A DNA stretch of 64,000 nt, from positions 1-64,000 of the forward strand of contig CP060754.1 of the NCBI GenBank assembly GCA_023205875.1, read 5' to 3'. A program made the translations under genes and the position numbers. Below are positions 31,725 through 42,875 of the stretch, piece by piece. The notes beneath the pieces were generated by a model. That model worked only from the letters and a program-made list of their open reading frames with translations. It was not told the DNA's origin and did no database searches. Source of the stretch: Chloropicon primus. Lineage: Eukaryota. Every line of letters starts with the position of its first letter. Position 1 is the stretch's first letter.

Positions 31725-32447
31725 ATGGAAGGGAGTTTGGAGGGGATTCGGTTGGGGGGTGGGTGGGAGGAGGAGGGAGTGAGGGAGAGGTGCGTGGAGC
31801 TGTTGGAGAGGGAAGGGGCTTGCATTCTGACCGAGGTGGTGGACAGGGGACTGCTGGAGGAGGTGAGGGAGGCGGTCGAGCCAAGCCTGCTGCGGATTGC
31901 GGAGAGGCTAGAGGAGGAGAATCAGGAGCTGAGCGAGCACGTCAAGGAGGAGTTCGGGCTGGTGAGGGCACCGCCCGTCGGGGATGGGAAGACGAACATC
32001 CACTTTGACGAGTACGAGAGCCCGGAGCACGAGGCCATGGAGAAGCTCGCCAGGGACGGGGGCTTCGAGAAGATCGTCTCGAGCTACGTCGGCAGGGAGT
32101 GCTCGCTGTACGAGGCGGGGGCCTCCATAACCACGGGCGGCGGGGAAGGCATGGAGTGGCACCGGGACGGCATCGAGGGCGAGTGCACCGTCCTGCTCTC
32201 GCTGTCCGACGTCTCCGAGGATCAGGGCCAGCTCGGCGTGATTCCGGGGTCCCACTTGGACGCGAAGCTCGACAAGCTTGAGGACGCCGAGCTCACGTAC
32301 GAAACCACGGAGGAGGACGACAAGAAGGCCTTGTGGTACGCGTACAGAGCCGGGTGCCCGATTGTCATCGACGCCAGGACGCAGCACTCTGTGAGGAAGA
32401 ACGTCAGCGAGGACACGCGGTGCATTCTGTGGTACATCTACAATTAA
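31725..32447 (+). CDS. Fe(II)/2-oxoglutarate dioxygenase, PhyH family
   Basis: WHRD (HxD), LGVIPGSH, distal His in DARTQH, and N..R. Confidence 0.85.
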   Translation: MEGSLEGIRLGGGWEEEGVRERCVELLEREGACILTEVVDRGLLEEVREAVEPSLLRIAERLEEENQELSEHVKEEFGLVRAPPVGDGKTNIHFDEYESPEHEAMEKLARDGGFEKIVSSYVGRECSLYEAGASITTGGGEGMEWHRDGIEGECTVLLSLSDVSEDQGQLGVIPGSHLDAKLDKLEDAELTYETTEEDDKKALWYAYRAGCPIVIDARTQHSVRKNVSEDTRCILWYIYN

Positions 32448-32514
32448 AGGAAGACTTAAAGAAGCTTGAAAAAAGGCATCACGAGCGATTGAAACGCGCC
32501 CCTCATTCTGCTTT

Positions 32515-34053
32515 CTAGTTCCAAGTCACGGAGATCCTCGACCCGATCTTCTTGAACCTGGGGTGGACTTCCGCGGACGGTTTCCTGCTGCCCTTGGGCG
32601 TGAGCTGCTCCATGTCCTCCTTGAGGGGCGTGCGATTGTTGGCGAACCCGTAGGCGGGGTCGTAGGCCCCCGGAGCCTCGTTCGCGGTCGTCGGATTCTT
32701 ACTCTGGGCGCTGGGATTGTTGGAGTTCTCCCTGGCTTTCCTGAACTTCCAGACGAACACCACGGAGAAGACGCCGAGCCCAATGATGCAGCACAGCGAT
32801 CCTATGAGGATGATCGCCCAAAGAGGCAACCCCGCTCCCTTGGACTTGGGAGGGAAGCTCCGCTCGTACAACGTGTCGATCTCTTGCTGGTCCAGCGGGG
32901 TGTCGAAGAAGGCTACCTGCGAGATGTAGCCGACGTAAGGAGTGGTCGTCTCGCCCGAGACCATCAGGCGATTACCGTTCCCGACCAGCATGTCGTTCTC
33001 CGGGTTGCCGAGCATGATCTTAGGAGGGAGCGGACGGGTTTAGGGTGGGAGGGTCAGCCTCATCGTTTTCACAGTCATTCAAGTAATCCTTTCGTCGCTC
33101 TCGCCACTCACCTGGTTTCCGAGGGAATCGGAACCCTCCAGCTCGCCGTTGACGTACAACCTCGCCGTCCTGTCCCTGGAGCTGTAGGTTCCAACGACTT
33201 GGGCCCACTCGTCGTTGAAGGCCTTTGATTTGGAGTACACCAGGAGCGGGCCCACCGGCGTGCCGACGGCGAACGCCCAGATCGGCTCGTACGAGCCCTC
33301 CTCGTTCGGCCCGACCCAGTGGCGCTCCAGGCCGTACCCTCCGATGATGACGGTGGCCTGAGACGTCTCCGCAAAGTTCTCCACGATGCTCTCCGTGTCG
33401 GGCTCCCTGTCCTGCCCCTCCTTGCCCTGGGGCTTGACGGTCGCAGAAATCGTGAAGTCCGCGGTGTTGAGCAGCGGCGAGTAGGGAACCAAGACATAGC
33501 TGTTGAGGCCGCTGAAAAAGGCCGAGGAGTCCTGGTCGCTCGGACCCGGGTAGCCGAGGTCCACCTCCGCGCTGTACAGTCCGTTCACGTTGTTCATCCT
33601 GTCCGACGCGATGTTGGAGTCGACCTCGTCGTTGAGCGCCCACACCGACACCGGATTGAGCTTGCCCGAACTGCTCGCGCCGAGCTCCTGGCCGCCCGTG
33701 TCCCTCACTTCACCGGTCGCGAGGCCTTGCGTGTGGGTGTGGCACTCCACCGAGCCGTACGTCGCCATGTCGAGGCTGCACCCCGTTCGGAGCACCTCGA
33801 GGGTCGCGTCGTACGAGGTCCCCAGAGCCAGAGCCACGCCCGACTCGCAGAAGCACTTCCTTTCGTTCGCCTCCTGCGCCCCCTCGCAGCAGTTGAGCAG
33901 GTCGAAGGGGCTCGACGACGCGAGCACCCCCTCGCACAACTCCGCCACCCCCCTCACCTCCTCCACGCAATCCTCCCCCTCCACCCTCCCCACCAAACAC
34001 CCCAACACCAACACCAGACACACCCCAACCCCCATCTCCCTCTGCCTCGCCAT
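32515..34053 (-). CDS. Type I membrane protein with Cys-rich N-domain and LamG/concanavalin-like domain; intron 33019-33111
   Basis: Signal peptide; FTISATVKP...WAQVVGTY...LYVNG...YISQVAFFDTPL (LamG); TM LPLWAIILIGSLCCIIGLGVFSVVFVW. Confidence 0.75.
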
Positions 34054-34400
34054 GGCCTCCTCCCTTGTCTCCTCCCTCTCCCTCTCCCTCTCCCTCTCCC
34101 TCTCCCTCGTCCTCCCCTGCGTTTTCGCCCGCGTGTCGTGCGTGTTCCTGTTCGTGTTCCTGTTCCTGTTCCCCGGGTTGGTCCTCGTGTTCGTGTCTTC
34201 GCCCTGTCCACTCCACTCCACTCCACTCCACTCCCCACTGGCTCCAAAAGTGCTCCAAAAGTAACGGCCACTTCCCTCTGACTGACAGAGCCAAATTTGA
34301 AATAGCGCAAGGGGGGAACACGACCGAGCGACGCGAGGACGACGACGAGCGACGACGAGGACGAGGGGATGTGAGGTGAGGTGAGGTGAGGTGAGATGAG

Positions 34401-35726
34401 ATGAGGGTGATGCTTGTGTCGGATTACTTTCACCCGAGCGTGGGGGGGGTGGAGACGCACATGTACAACCTGGCGGAGAACCTGACGGAGAGGGGGAACA
34501 AGGTGGTGGTAATGACGTGCGCGAGGGGGGGGAGGTGCGGGGTGAGGTACCTCAGGGGGGGGGTGAAGGTGTACCACGTGCCGAGGGTGCCGGTCTTCGG
34601 GGGGACCACGATGCCATCCGTCCTGGTGCTCGGAACACTCAGGATATTCCGGGCGATCGCCGTGAGGGAAAGGATCGAGCTGGTGCACAGCCACCAGACG
34701 AGCACCCTGGCGCTGGAGTGCCTGTTCCACGCCAAGACGATGGGTCTGAGGACGGTCTACACCTGCCACTCCCTCCACGGCTTCGCGGACGTCGGGAGCA
34801 TCTTGCTGAACAAGGTCCTCAAGATATCGTGCGTCAACGCGGACGCTGTCGTCTGCGTCTCGAACGTCTCCAAGGAGAACATGGTCCTGAGGGCGAGCAT
34901 CCCCCCTGAGAAGGTTTTCGTCATCCCGAACGCCGTGCACACGTCTGTGTTCAGCCCCAGGCGGAAGCTGGAGGCCATGGCGAGGGACAAGGACCTGGGG
35001 CGTGGCAAGTCCGTCGTGGTGGTGAGTCGTCTCGTGTACCGGAAGGGGATCGACCTCCTGGCCCAGATCCTGGGCGAGGCGTGCAGGGGGGACCCCGACG
35101 TCTCCTTCACCATCGTGGGGGACGGGCCGAAGAGGGAGCTTCTCGAGGGCGTGGTGCGGGCGAACGGGATACAGGACCGAGTGCACCTTGTCGGGAACCT
35201 GCCTCACGAGGAGGTGATCCGAGTCCTGGAGAAGGGCAACGTCTTCCTGAACCTCTCCCTGACGGAGGCCTTCGGAATGGCCATGCTGGAGGCGGCCTCG
35301 GTGGGCCTGCTGGTGGTCTCCACCTCCGTGGGCGGGGTGCCGGAGATCTTCCCCGCGCTCAAGGCGTCGTCGTCCGGGAACGAGGGGGTGGGGATGATTC
35401 TGTGCAAGCCGGAGGCGGGATCCATCCTTCGGGCCCTCGGGCAGGCCCTCCGCTTCCTGCCCAGGACCTCGAGGCAGATCAAGAAGCAGCACGACCTCGT
35501 CAGGGTCGCGTACAATTGGGAGGACGTCGCGGCCAGGACGGAAAAGGTGTACCAGTTCTGCGACGAGGAGGTCCCAAAGGATTTGCTGTACGAGAGAATC
35601 TGCAAGAGCCTGACTTGCGGCGCCTTCATGGGACCGATCTACAGCTGCCTGATCATGTTCCACGTGCTCTACTACCATATTCTGAAGGCTCTCACGCCCA
35701 GGATCGAACTCGCCTGGGACTCGTAA
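34401..35726 (+). CDS. PIGA: GPI-GlcNAc transferase subunit A
   Basis: SDYFHPSVGGVETH, HAKTMGLRTVYT, SRLVYRKGIDLL, SLTEAF. Confidence 0.93.
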   Translation: MRVMLVSDYFHPSVGGVETHMYNLAENLTERGNKVVVMTCARGGRCGVRYLRGGVKVYHVPRVPVFGGTTMPSVLVLGTLRIFRAIAVRERIELVHSHQTSTLALECLFHAKTMGLRTVYTCHSLHGFADVGSILLNKVLKISCVNADAVVCVSNVSKENMVLRASIPPEKVFVIPNAVHTSVFSPRRKLEAMARDKDLGRGKSVVVVSRLVYRKGIDLLAQILGEACRGDPDVSFTIVGDGPKRELLEGVVRANGIQDRVHLVGNLPHEEVIRVLEKGNVFLNLSLTEAFGMAMLEAASVGLLVVSTSVGGVPEIFPALKASSSGNEGVGMILCKPEAGSILRALGQALRFLPRTSRQIKKQHDLVRVAYNWEDVAARTEKVYQFCDEEVPKDLLYERICKSLTCGAFMGPIYSCLIMFHVLYYHILKALTPRIELAWDS

Positions 35727-35871
35727 TCTATCTTGTAATCTCCCTCTCTCTTCTCCTAGAGCCACGAAATCCGATCCTCTTTGCAGCGAGAGCGCCGTGT
35801 GGGTGGGTGGTAATCGCCGCGACACTACCGCCGCTTGCGAACTGAACGAGGAAGGAAGGAAGGAGGGGAGA

Positions 35872-36123
35872 ATGCACCCGCCTCTCGTCCTTCACAGGAA
35901 CCCGCAGTGCCGGGACCAGATCCTGGCCCTGCAAGACTGCCACAGGGAGCACCCCATCAGCAAGTTCTGGGGGTCGTGCAACGACGTCAAGTTCACGCTC
36001 GATGCGTGCTTCAGGAAGCAGAAGGACTTCAAGAGGAAGGTGAACTTCGCGAAAGCCAAGGCGGAGAAGGAGAGGTTCGCGAGGAGGATGGAAAGGCAGA
36101 AGCAAGAGGGCCAAGAAAAGTAA
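35872..36123 (+). CDS. CMC2: COX assembly mitochondrial twin-CX9C protein (CMC2-like)
   Basis: MHPPL...C-x9-C...KFWGSC-x9-C. Confidence 0.85.
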   Translation: MHPPLVLHRNPQCRDQILALQDCHREHPISKFWGSCNDVKFTLDACFRKQKDFKRKVNFAKAKAEKERFARRMERQKQEGQEK

Positions 36124-36192
36124 GGCGCTCGTCGAGCGCTTGTTGTTGCTGATCTGATATCACACACACACACAGGCCCAACCTACCGGAGC

Positions 36193-38708
36193 CTAGCCAC
36201 AGGTCGTCATTAGCTTCTTCAAGTCGTCCTGAATCCTGGAGAGCTCGGATCGTAGATCGGCCTCGCTCAAGCGGGACTTGCTGGAGAGCAGGGACAGAAC
36301 CTCGAGCTGGTCGTATGCTTGCATCTTGAGCCTCAGGCTCTGGTCTGCAGAGGAGGCTTGTTGAGAGGAGGCTTGAGACTTGTTTTGCAGCACGAGCTTC
36401 GACAGGAGCCTCGCCCCCTGGATGATCTCCTCCGGGTACCCGATGCTCTGGGCCAAGTCGATGCCGTACTGGCCCGCTGCTTCCGAGTTCCTGCCCGAGG
36501 CGGCGCGGCTGTCCTGAAGCCGGTGGCAGTCGGCCTGCGCGGCACAGACGGGAAAGGCCCTGTGCAGACACCTCGGGTAGCAAGAGGGCATCTGGTGGAA
36601 GATCTCGTAGTGGGTGATGAAGACCGAGAAGGCCTTCGCGGAAAGGAGGTGCTCCGCGACGCTCCAGGCTATCGCCTCGCCATCCGCATCGGAGGTCGAC
36701 CTGCCAATCTCGTCCACGATCACGAGGGAAGACGGCGTCAAGGACTTTGTGATCCTGGCAATGTCCTGCATCTCCATGTAGAAGCTGGAAAGGTTGTCCT
36801 CTATGCTCCCCGAGTCGTTCCTCACCGTGCATCGCGTCAGTATCGAAGAGAACACGGGAATTCTCGCGTACTTTGCTGGAACGAAGGAGCCCATGTGCCC
36901 CAGGATCACAATCAGAGCGACCTGGCGGCTGTAGGACGACTTTCCTGCCATGTTTGGACCGGATATGACCTCCAAGGACCGATTCTCGGACAGAAAGGTG
37001 GAGTTCGACTGAGCCTCGCCCTTGCTCTGGAGGAGGATGTGGTGCCCTTCCACGATCAAGAGGGGGCCGCTGGGCTCGAGGTCCGGGCAAGAGTACCCGT
37101 CAGGCGACCTGCCGGTGAGTACAGCAAATGAAAGAATGAGGTCCAGCGTCGATATGGCCTCCACTAAGACTCGAAGATGTGATATTTTCCCCTTCACTTG
37201 CTCTGTCAAAGCCTCTATTGTGCTTGCCAAGATCTCAAAACAATCGCTCAAGGACGTTTGGAGCCTGGAGTTCAAGACATTGAGCTCGAGAGTAGTGTAG
37301 AAGAGGTTCGCCTGAGAGGCTTGCAGGGGGATGAACGTCTCTGGCATCCCTTCGCTGAGCTCCGACTCCACAAACTTCTTTGACACGCCGAAGTGAAACT
37401 TTTTCCTCGCAGAGAAGTGAAGCTTCAGCTTTTTCAGGCCGAAGGTGGAGCGGTAGTTCTCCGCCAGATCGTGCACCTGCTGGCTGACCTGAGCAAAGTC
37501 CTTTCTCGCGATGTCGAGCACGCTGTTCTCCTGGCACCGGATCATGTAGATCTGGTGAGTGACGTTGCCTGCGACTTGCTCCTCCGTCAGTTCCTCGTCC
37601 ACCAGCATCTCCTTCAGGATACCCAGGATCTTCGAGACGTCTGCTCTGGACGCTGCCACGCAGACAGCTTGCAAGAGCAGCGAGCTTGCTTTCTCCAGCT
37701 CCTGCGCCAAGGACGGGAGCAGCTCCAGAAGAGACTTCAGCCTGAGCAACTTGCCGACTGTTTGGCTGATCCACTTGCTTTTGTCGGCCCTCAGGGAGGG
37801 GAAGTTCGTCGCGAACTGCAAGCAGACCGCCTCGTGGTCCTTGGGAACCTTGGCCATGATGCCACTCAAGCTCTTCAGCAAGTCGGGGTTCTCCAGCAGC
37901 TCCTGCACCGCCTTTTGCCTCGCCCTTATCGTGTCGATGTCTCTCAGGGGCTGCACCAGGGACATCTTCAGCATCTTCTTGCCCCCCGTCGTGCAAGTGT
38001 GGTTGATCGCGCTCAGGACGCTGGTGTACTTCAAGTGAGCGTTCCTCTGGTTGGTGTACTGACAGGCTTGCAGCAGCTCCAGGCTCACGAGAGTGGAGTA
38101 ATCGATCATCAAGTGCGTGCTAGGGCCGGTGAAGTGCATCTTGATGTCGTGGGGCTCCATCTGGTACTGGGTCCTCAGGTAGTTGATCAGCGCAGAGGCC
38201 GAGGCCAAGGCCATGTAGTACTTCTTGTAGCTCTCGCTCTTCAGCGCACCCTCGTCCCCGGTTGCCACCTTGCTCAAAAAGTGGATCGCGCTCGTGTCGT
38301 CGAAGCAGCTCCTCGGCAGCGGAACCTGGTCGTAGACCTGAGAAGTCGCCTCGTTGATCGACGAGGAGAGCACCTTTCTGCGGTTCTCGCTGTCCAGGAC
38401 GATCAGCTTGGAGGGGTTGTGGTGAGCGAGCTGCGTCCTGGAGCTCACGGGCGCAAGAGAAGGGAGAGCGAAGGCCGAGTCAGCGAGGGAAATGGCGCCT
38501 CCACCGGGACAGCGCGTCGATCGTGCGCTTTGGACACTCTGGACACTCACATCGAGATGGAGAACGAGAAGGAGTTCTCCACGTACTGTTGAAGGTAAAG
38601 CACCGCTGTTCCGACCTCAAACACTGCGAGTCCCACCTCCCTTGCCTTGTTCTCGCACACTGCCGCGATCACGACCTCCTCCACCCCTCCCTTCCCCTCC
38701 ATCCCCAT
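36193..38708 (-). CDS. MSH4: Meiotic MutS homolog 4; intron 38438-38550
   Basis: Exon 1 ENKAREVGLA..LYLQQYVE resembles the plant MSH4 N-terminus and there is no mismatch-recognition domain I. Walker A GPNMAGKSSY; DEIGRSTS. Confidence 0.85.
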
Positions 38709-38812
38709 CCTCCCTCCCTCGATCGCGATCGATCGATCGCCACCCGCAATCGCCGTTATCGATCGCACCCGCACCCCACCGTTATCGGCGGAGGAGAGAG
38801 GGAGTCTGTGCG

Positions 38813-39613
38813 ATGGCGATGGAGGGGTTGGGGACGAGGGCGTGGGGGGGCGCTGGGAGGAGGGGGAAGACGCAAGCCACGACGACGACGACGACGACGA
38901 GGAGGAGGACGCGAGGGAGGGAGGGGGAGGCGAAGGGGAGGAGACACGGGAAGGCCTGGAGCACGAACGACGGGGAGGAGGGAGAGGGGCAGGGGAGGGG
39001 GGAGCAGAGCGTGAGGACGAGGGGTCGGACGCCGAGCGTGAGGAAGGCGGACTCGACGGACGCGGTGTCGACCTTCCTGACGCGGCGCTTCGGTCTCGCC
39101 GGGGGGCTCGCGTGGGTCGGGGTCCTGGCGTTCGGAGTCATCAGCGAGCAGGTGAAGACCCGGTTGGAGGTCAAGAGGGAGTTCGAGACGACTGTGGACG
39201 TCGGTGCGGACGCTGAGGTCGTGAAGACGGAGTCCGGGATCGCGTACCAGGATGTGAAGCTGGGGGGCGGGCAGACCCCAAGGAGAGGCGACCTCGTTGT
39301 CGTGCAGTACAAGGCGGAGGTCGAGGGGGTGGGGACCTACGAGGACACGAGGAAGAACACCAAGGCCGGGGCGGCCTTTGTGTTCGGGTCCAGGCCTCTC
39401 CCTCCGGGGCTGCCCTTGGGCTTCGAGGAGGTTCTCTCCACCATGAAGGTGGGGGGCAAGAGAATCGCGGAAGTTCCCCCGAGCCTTGGGTTTGGCGACG
39501 AGGTGACCTTCATCCCGAGCAAGCTGAGGAAGGGAGACACGGTGGAGATCCCGCCAAACAGCACGATCAAGTACGAGGTCGAGCTCACGCGGGTTTCCAT
39601 CCCCCCGTCGTGA
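38813..39613 (+). CDS. Chloroplast FKBP-type peptidyl-prolyl isomerase (FKBP17-2/3-like)
   Basis: LTRRFGLAGGLAW...SEQVKTRLEV; MKVGGKR..VPPSLGFG...IPPNSTIKYEVEL. Confidence 0.85.
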   Translation: MAMEGLGTRAWGGAGRRGKTQATTTTTTTRRRTRGREGEAKGRRHGKAWSTNDGEEGEGQGRGEQSVRTRGRTPSVRKADSTDAVSTFLTRRFGLAGGLAWVGVLAFGVISEQVKTRLEVKREFETTVDVGADAEVVKTESGIAYQDVKLGGGQTPRRGDLVVVQYKAEVEGVGTYEDTRKNTKAGAAFVFGSRPLPPGLPLGFEEVLSTMKVGGKRIAEVPPSLGFGDEVTFIPSKLRKGDTVEIPPNSTIKYEVELTRVSIPPS

Positions 39614-39672
39614 CAACATCTCTCTACAAGTAAAGCGACGTTGATATATAATGAATGTTTGAGTGGGTCTGG

Positions 39673-41688
39673 TTAACTTTGATGCGAGTTCCTCTGGTTG
39701 GAGCGCTCCTCGAGCTCCTTGAGGGAGATTTGAAAGTACGCGACACGCTTTCTGTTCCACGTGTACGTCATGCTCACCCCCTCCTCCTCCGCCGACGCGG
39801 GCCAAGGGATGATTGCGGGGTAGCTGAACTCCCTGCCCGACCTGACCTCCCCCTTTTCCCTTTCGAGGTCGATGTAGATCGGCCAAGTCTCTCCGTTGTC
39901 CTTGGACACCGCGAGCCTCAAAGGCGTCCTGGTCGTGTGCACCGGGTTGTAGATGAGGACGAGAAAGCCGCTGCGAGGCAGCTTCGCCACGTCGAGGCCG
40001 CTGTTGTTGTTCGGGAGCGAAGTCTTGTAAGGCTTGTTCCACGTCCGCCCGTAATCAGTGGAGTTTGCCCGCCACACCCTCGCCTTTGGGTCCCTCGTGC
40101 TCCTCGTCATCATGAACACGTGACCAGGGTTGGCACTGTCCTCCCACAGCGTGGGCTGGATCATCCCCTCGTGCTTGCTCTCCGGATAAGCCAGCGTGCT
40201 CATCTCCCAGGTCTCGCCGTGGTCGGTGCTGATGTCCGTGAAGGCCCTCCAGGGCTTGGCTCTGCCTTCCCAGTGCGCCGGACCCTCAAGGGAGGCAGGG
40301 GCGAGCCAGTCCCCGTTGCTCAGGAGGATGGGCTTGTTCTTGACGGGTCCCCTGCCGCCCTTCTGCCAGGGCTGGTCCTCGGAGACGAGCTCGGTGGCCT
40401 CGCCCCAAGTCTTCCCGCCGTCGCTAGACTTGGTCACGAAGGTCTCCCACTCGGGTATCTTCCACCCCACCTTGAAGAAGAGAACTATCTCTCCGTCGCA
40501 TACGTCCTCGCTCCCCTGGCTTCCCTCACAGAACAGGACCGGATTCCAGTGGGGCTCCCCGCCCTTCTTCGGAGGCATCCCCCTCTTCTCCTTGCCGTTG
40601 AAGGGGACGTCCCTGTGCACCTTGGCGGCCTTGAGAGGCGTCGTCCACTCCCCAGTGGTCTGGCGCTTGGCCACGTAGATGGCCACATCCTCCGCTGATT
40701 CGTACATTCCGCCGAACCAAGCCGCGAGGACCTCCCCGTCGGGCAAGTTCACAAGAGTAGTCGCGTGACATGCAGGGCTGAGGACCCCGGACTGAGTGAG
40801 CTGCGCCCGGCCCTCCCTGTGCCCCCACTTGCCCCCGAAGGCAAACTCCGGCTCCTTGAGGTTCGCAAAGGGCCCCTGGTGGACCGCTTCGCCGTGGTCA
40901 CGGGCGGGGACATCGTGGTGAGAGTCTTCCGCTTTGCTCCCGTGACCGTGGGCGGTCGCTCCAGACTTCTTTGGCTTCCCCTTTGCGGGGGCCTTCTCCG
41001 CCTTCTTCTGCGGACGTGGAGTTCTCGCGGTCAGTCGGCCGTCACGATGATTGCGCAATCACAGCCACGGAGGAGGAGGAGGCTCCAGGTGAGGCACTTA
41101 CCGGTGTGTGAGGTTTCTCCTTTGCGTCCTTGTGTTTTTCCTTGTGGTGCGGCTCTTCCTTGCGGTGCGGCTCTTCCTTGTGGCGCCCCTTGTCCTTGGG
41201 TCCCTTCAGGGGAATGTGAGTCTCCTGATTCGCCGCGCTCCTCGCGTCCTGCCAGGAACTCATGAGGTGGCTCCCACCCGGGACCGCTCTCCTGCTAGGC
41301 TCCTCCACATCTTGGACCGATATCACCACGATGGCGACCAGGAGCAACCCGGCCACGGCCAAGACGCTCGTCAGCGGCCTGCAAAATCGTTGGGCGAGAG
41401 CAGAAGAGTTCCGTCAGTCCTTCCGCGAGGACACAATTTTCTTTGCGCGGTCTCGAAGAAGAAGAAGAAGAAGAAGAAGAGGAAGTACCTGTCCTCCTCC
41501 TCCTCCTCCTCCTCCTCCTCGATTTGGTTTGATTTGGTTTGGTTTTACCTTCTTCGGATCTGCGTCCTGACGGGCACTAGCCAGTGCGGCAGTGGGAAGT
41601 TCTTGTTCTTCTGATCCTCATCGTGGTCCTCCTCCTCCCCTTGTCCCCCCTCCTCCAAGTCTCTCACCGGGTGGAGTTTCTTCCTCAT
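39673..41688 (-). CDS. Type II membrane sialidase-like BNR/Asp-box beta-propeller protein; introns 41008-41101 and 41379-41548
   Basis: Three exons splice in frame: MRKKLHP..., TM SVLAVAGLLLVAIVVISV, a stem, then the catalytic domain. Four SxDxGxTW Asp-boxes; GPVKNKP, IQP, FSYPAI. Confidence 0.8.
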
Positions 41689-41927
41689 CGTCGTTCCCAA
41701 GCCGGTCGCTCGTCAAGCTCCTATCCTTGGGATCACAGCCCCCCATCAATTTCGATTCGATCGAGCGAGGAGAAGTCAGTCGTAACGGGGAGACGAGCGA
41801 GACAGACGCGAGAGGGCCGTGACGAAGGGGGACGGACGCTCGCTAGGGTCACGCTCGCTAGGGGTGGTGGTGGGGTGTGCGTGCGTGTAGAGGATTTGTG
41901 CGTCGTGTAGAGGAAGAGAGAGGGAGG

Positions 41928-42860
41928 ATGGGAGCGCGGCGGAAGAGGGGGAGGGGATGGAGGGAGATGCTGTTGTGCGGGGGGGCGAGAGTGGAGGATG
42001 AGGCTTGCTGCAGCCCCAAACGGTGCTTGGACGACGAGGCCTCCTCCCGATTGAGGTCGGACTCGCCCGTGTCGCCGCTCGACCCGAGGCTGTCCTCGTC
42101 GTCAACGCTGATGATGTCCAGGGAGGAGGAGGAGGACGTGTCGTGGCTGGTGAGGGAGTCGAGGAAGACCCTCGCTCTGCTGGAGTTCGCGGGGCACGGC
42201 ACGGTGGACCTGGCCGCGGACGCCCCGGAGATCCGCGAGGAGGAGGAGTTCACCTGCCAGCGCTTCCTGAAGGGCTTCCAGAACAACAGGTCCAAGTCCC
42301 TGAAAATGATGCAGTCGTACATCCTGTGGAGGTCGAACACGGACACCGTAAGGAAAGAGGACATCACTGAGAGCTTGAAGGCCGAGAAGGTGCTGTTGCT
42401 GAAGGGCAGGGACCGGCGCGGCGGGCCGACGGTGGTGATCGTGGGGAGGAACCACGACATGTACAAGACGGACGTGGAGGAGACGGTGAAGCTTCTAACG
42501 TATTGCCTCGACAAGGCGATGGCGCTGATGGAAAGGACTAAGGGTATTACGATGGCGACGGTCATCTTGGACCTCGAAGGGATCGGGTGGAGGAACCTTG
42601 ACGCCCAGGCTCTCAAGCACGTGATGCTCTTCTTCCAAAACCTGTACCCGGAGAGGGTCAGGGTTGCGGTGTTCTGGAAGGCTCCAGGAATCTTCGGGGC
42701 GCTGTGGAGCATCGTCAAGCCGTTCCTGTCGGAAGCCACGAGGAGCAAGATTTTGTTCGCCCGGGAAACCGCGGACCTCGCGGGGGAGGTGAAGCTCTGC
42801 CACCTTCCCAAGGCCTACGGCGGCCAGGCCGAGGACGACACCATGGTGCCGATGACGTAA
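41928..42860 (+). CDS. CRAL-TRIO/Sec14 lipid-binding protein
   Basis: RFLKG...WR, GRDRRGGP, ILDLEG, FQNLYPER, LPKAYGG. Confidence 0.85.
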   Translation: MGARRKRGRGWREMLLCGGARVEDEACCSPKRCLDDEASSRLRSDSPVSPLDPRLSSSSTLMMSREEEEDVSWLVRESRKTLALLEFAGHGTVDLAADAPEIREEEEFTCQRFLKGFQNNRSKSLKMMQSYILWRSNTDTVRKEDITESLKAEKVLLLKGRDRRGGPTVVIVGRNHDMYKTDVEETVKLLTYCLDKAMALMERTKGITMATVILDLEGIGWRNLDAQALKHVMLFFQNLYPERVRVAVFWKAPGIFGALWSIVKPFLSEATRSKILFARETADLAGEVKLCHLPKAYGGQAEDDTMVPMT

Positions 42861-42875
42861 ACTAAATGATGTATA

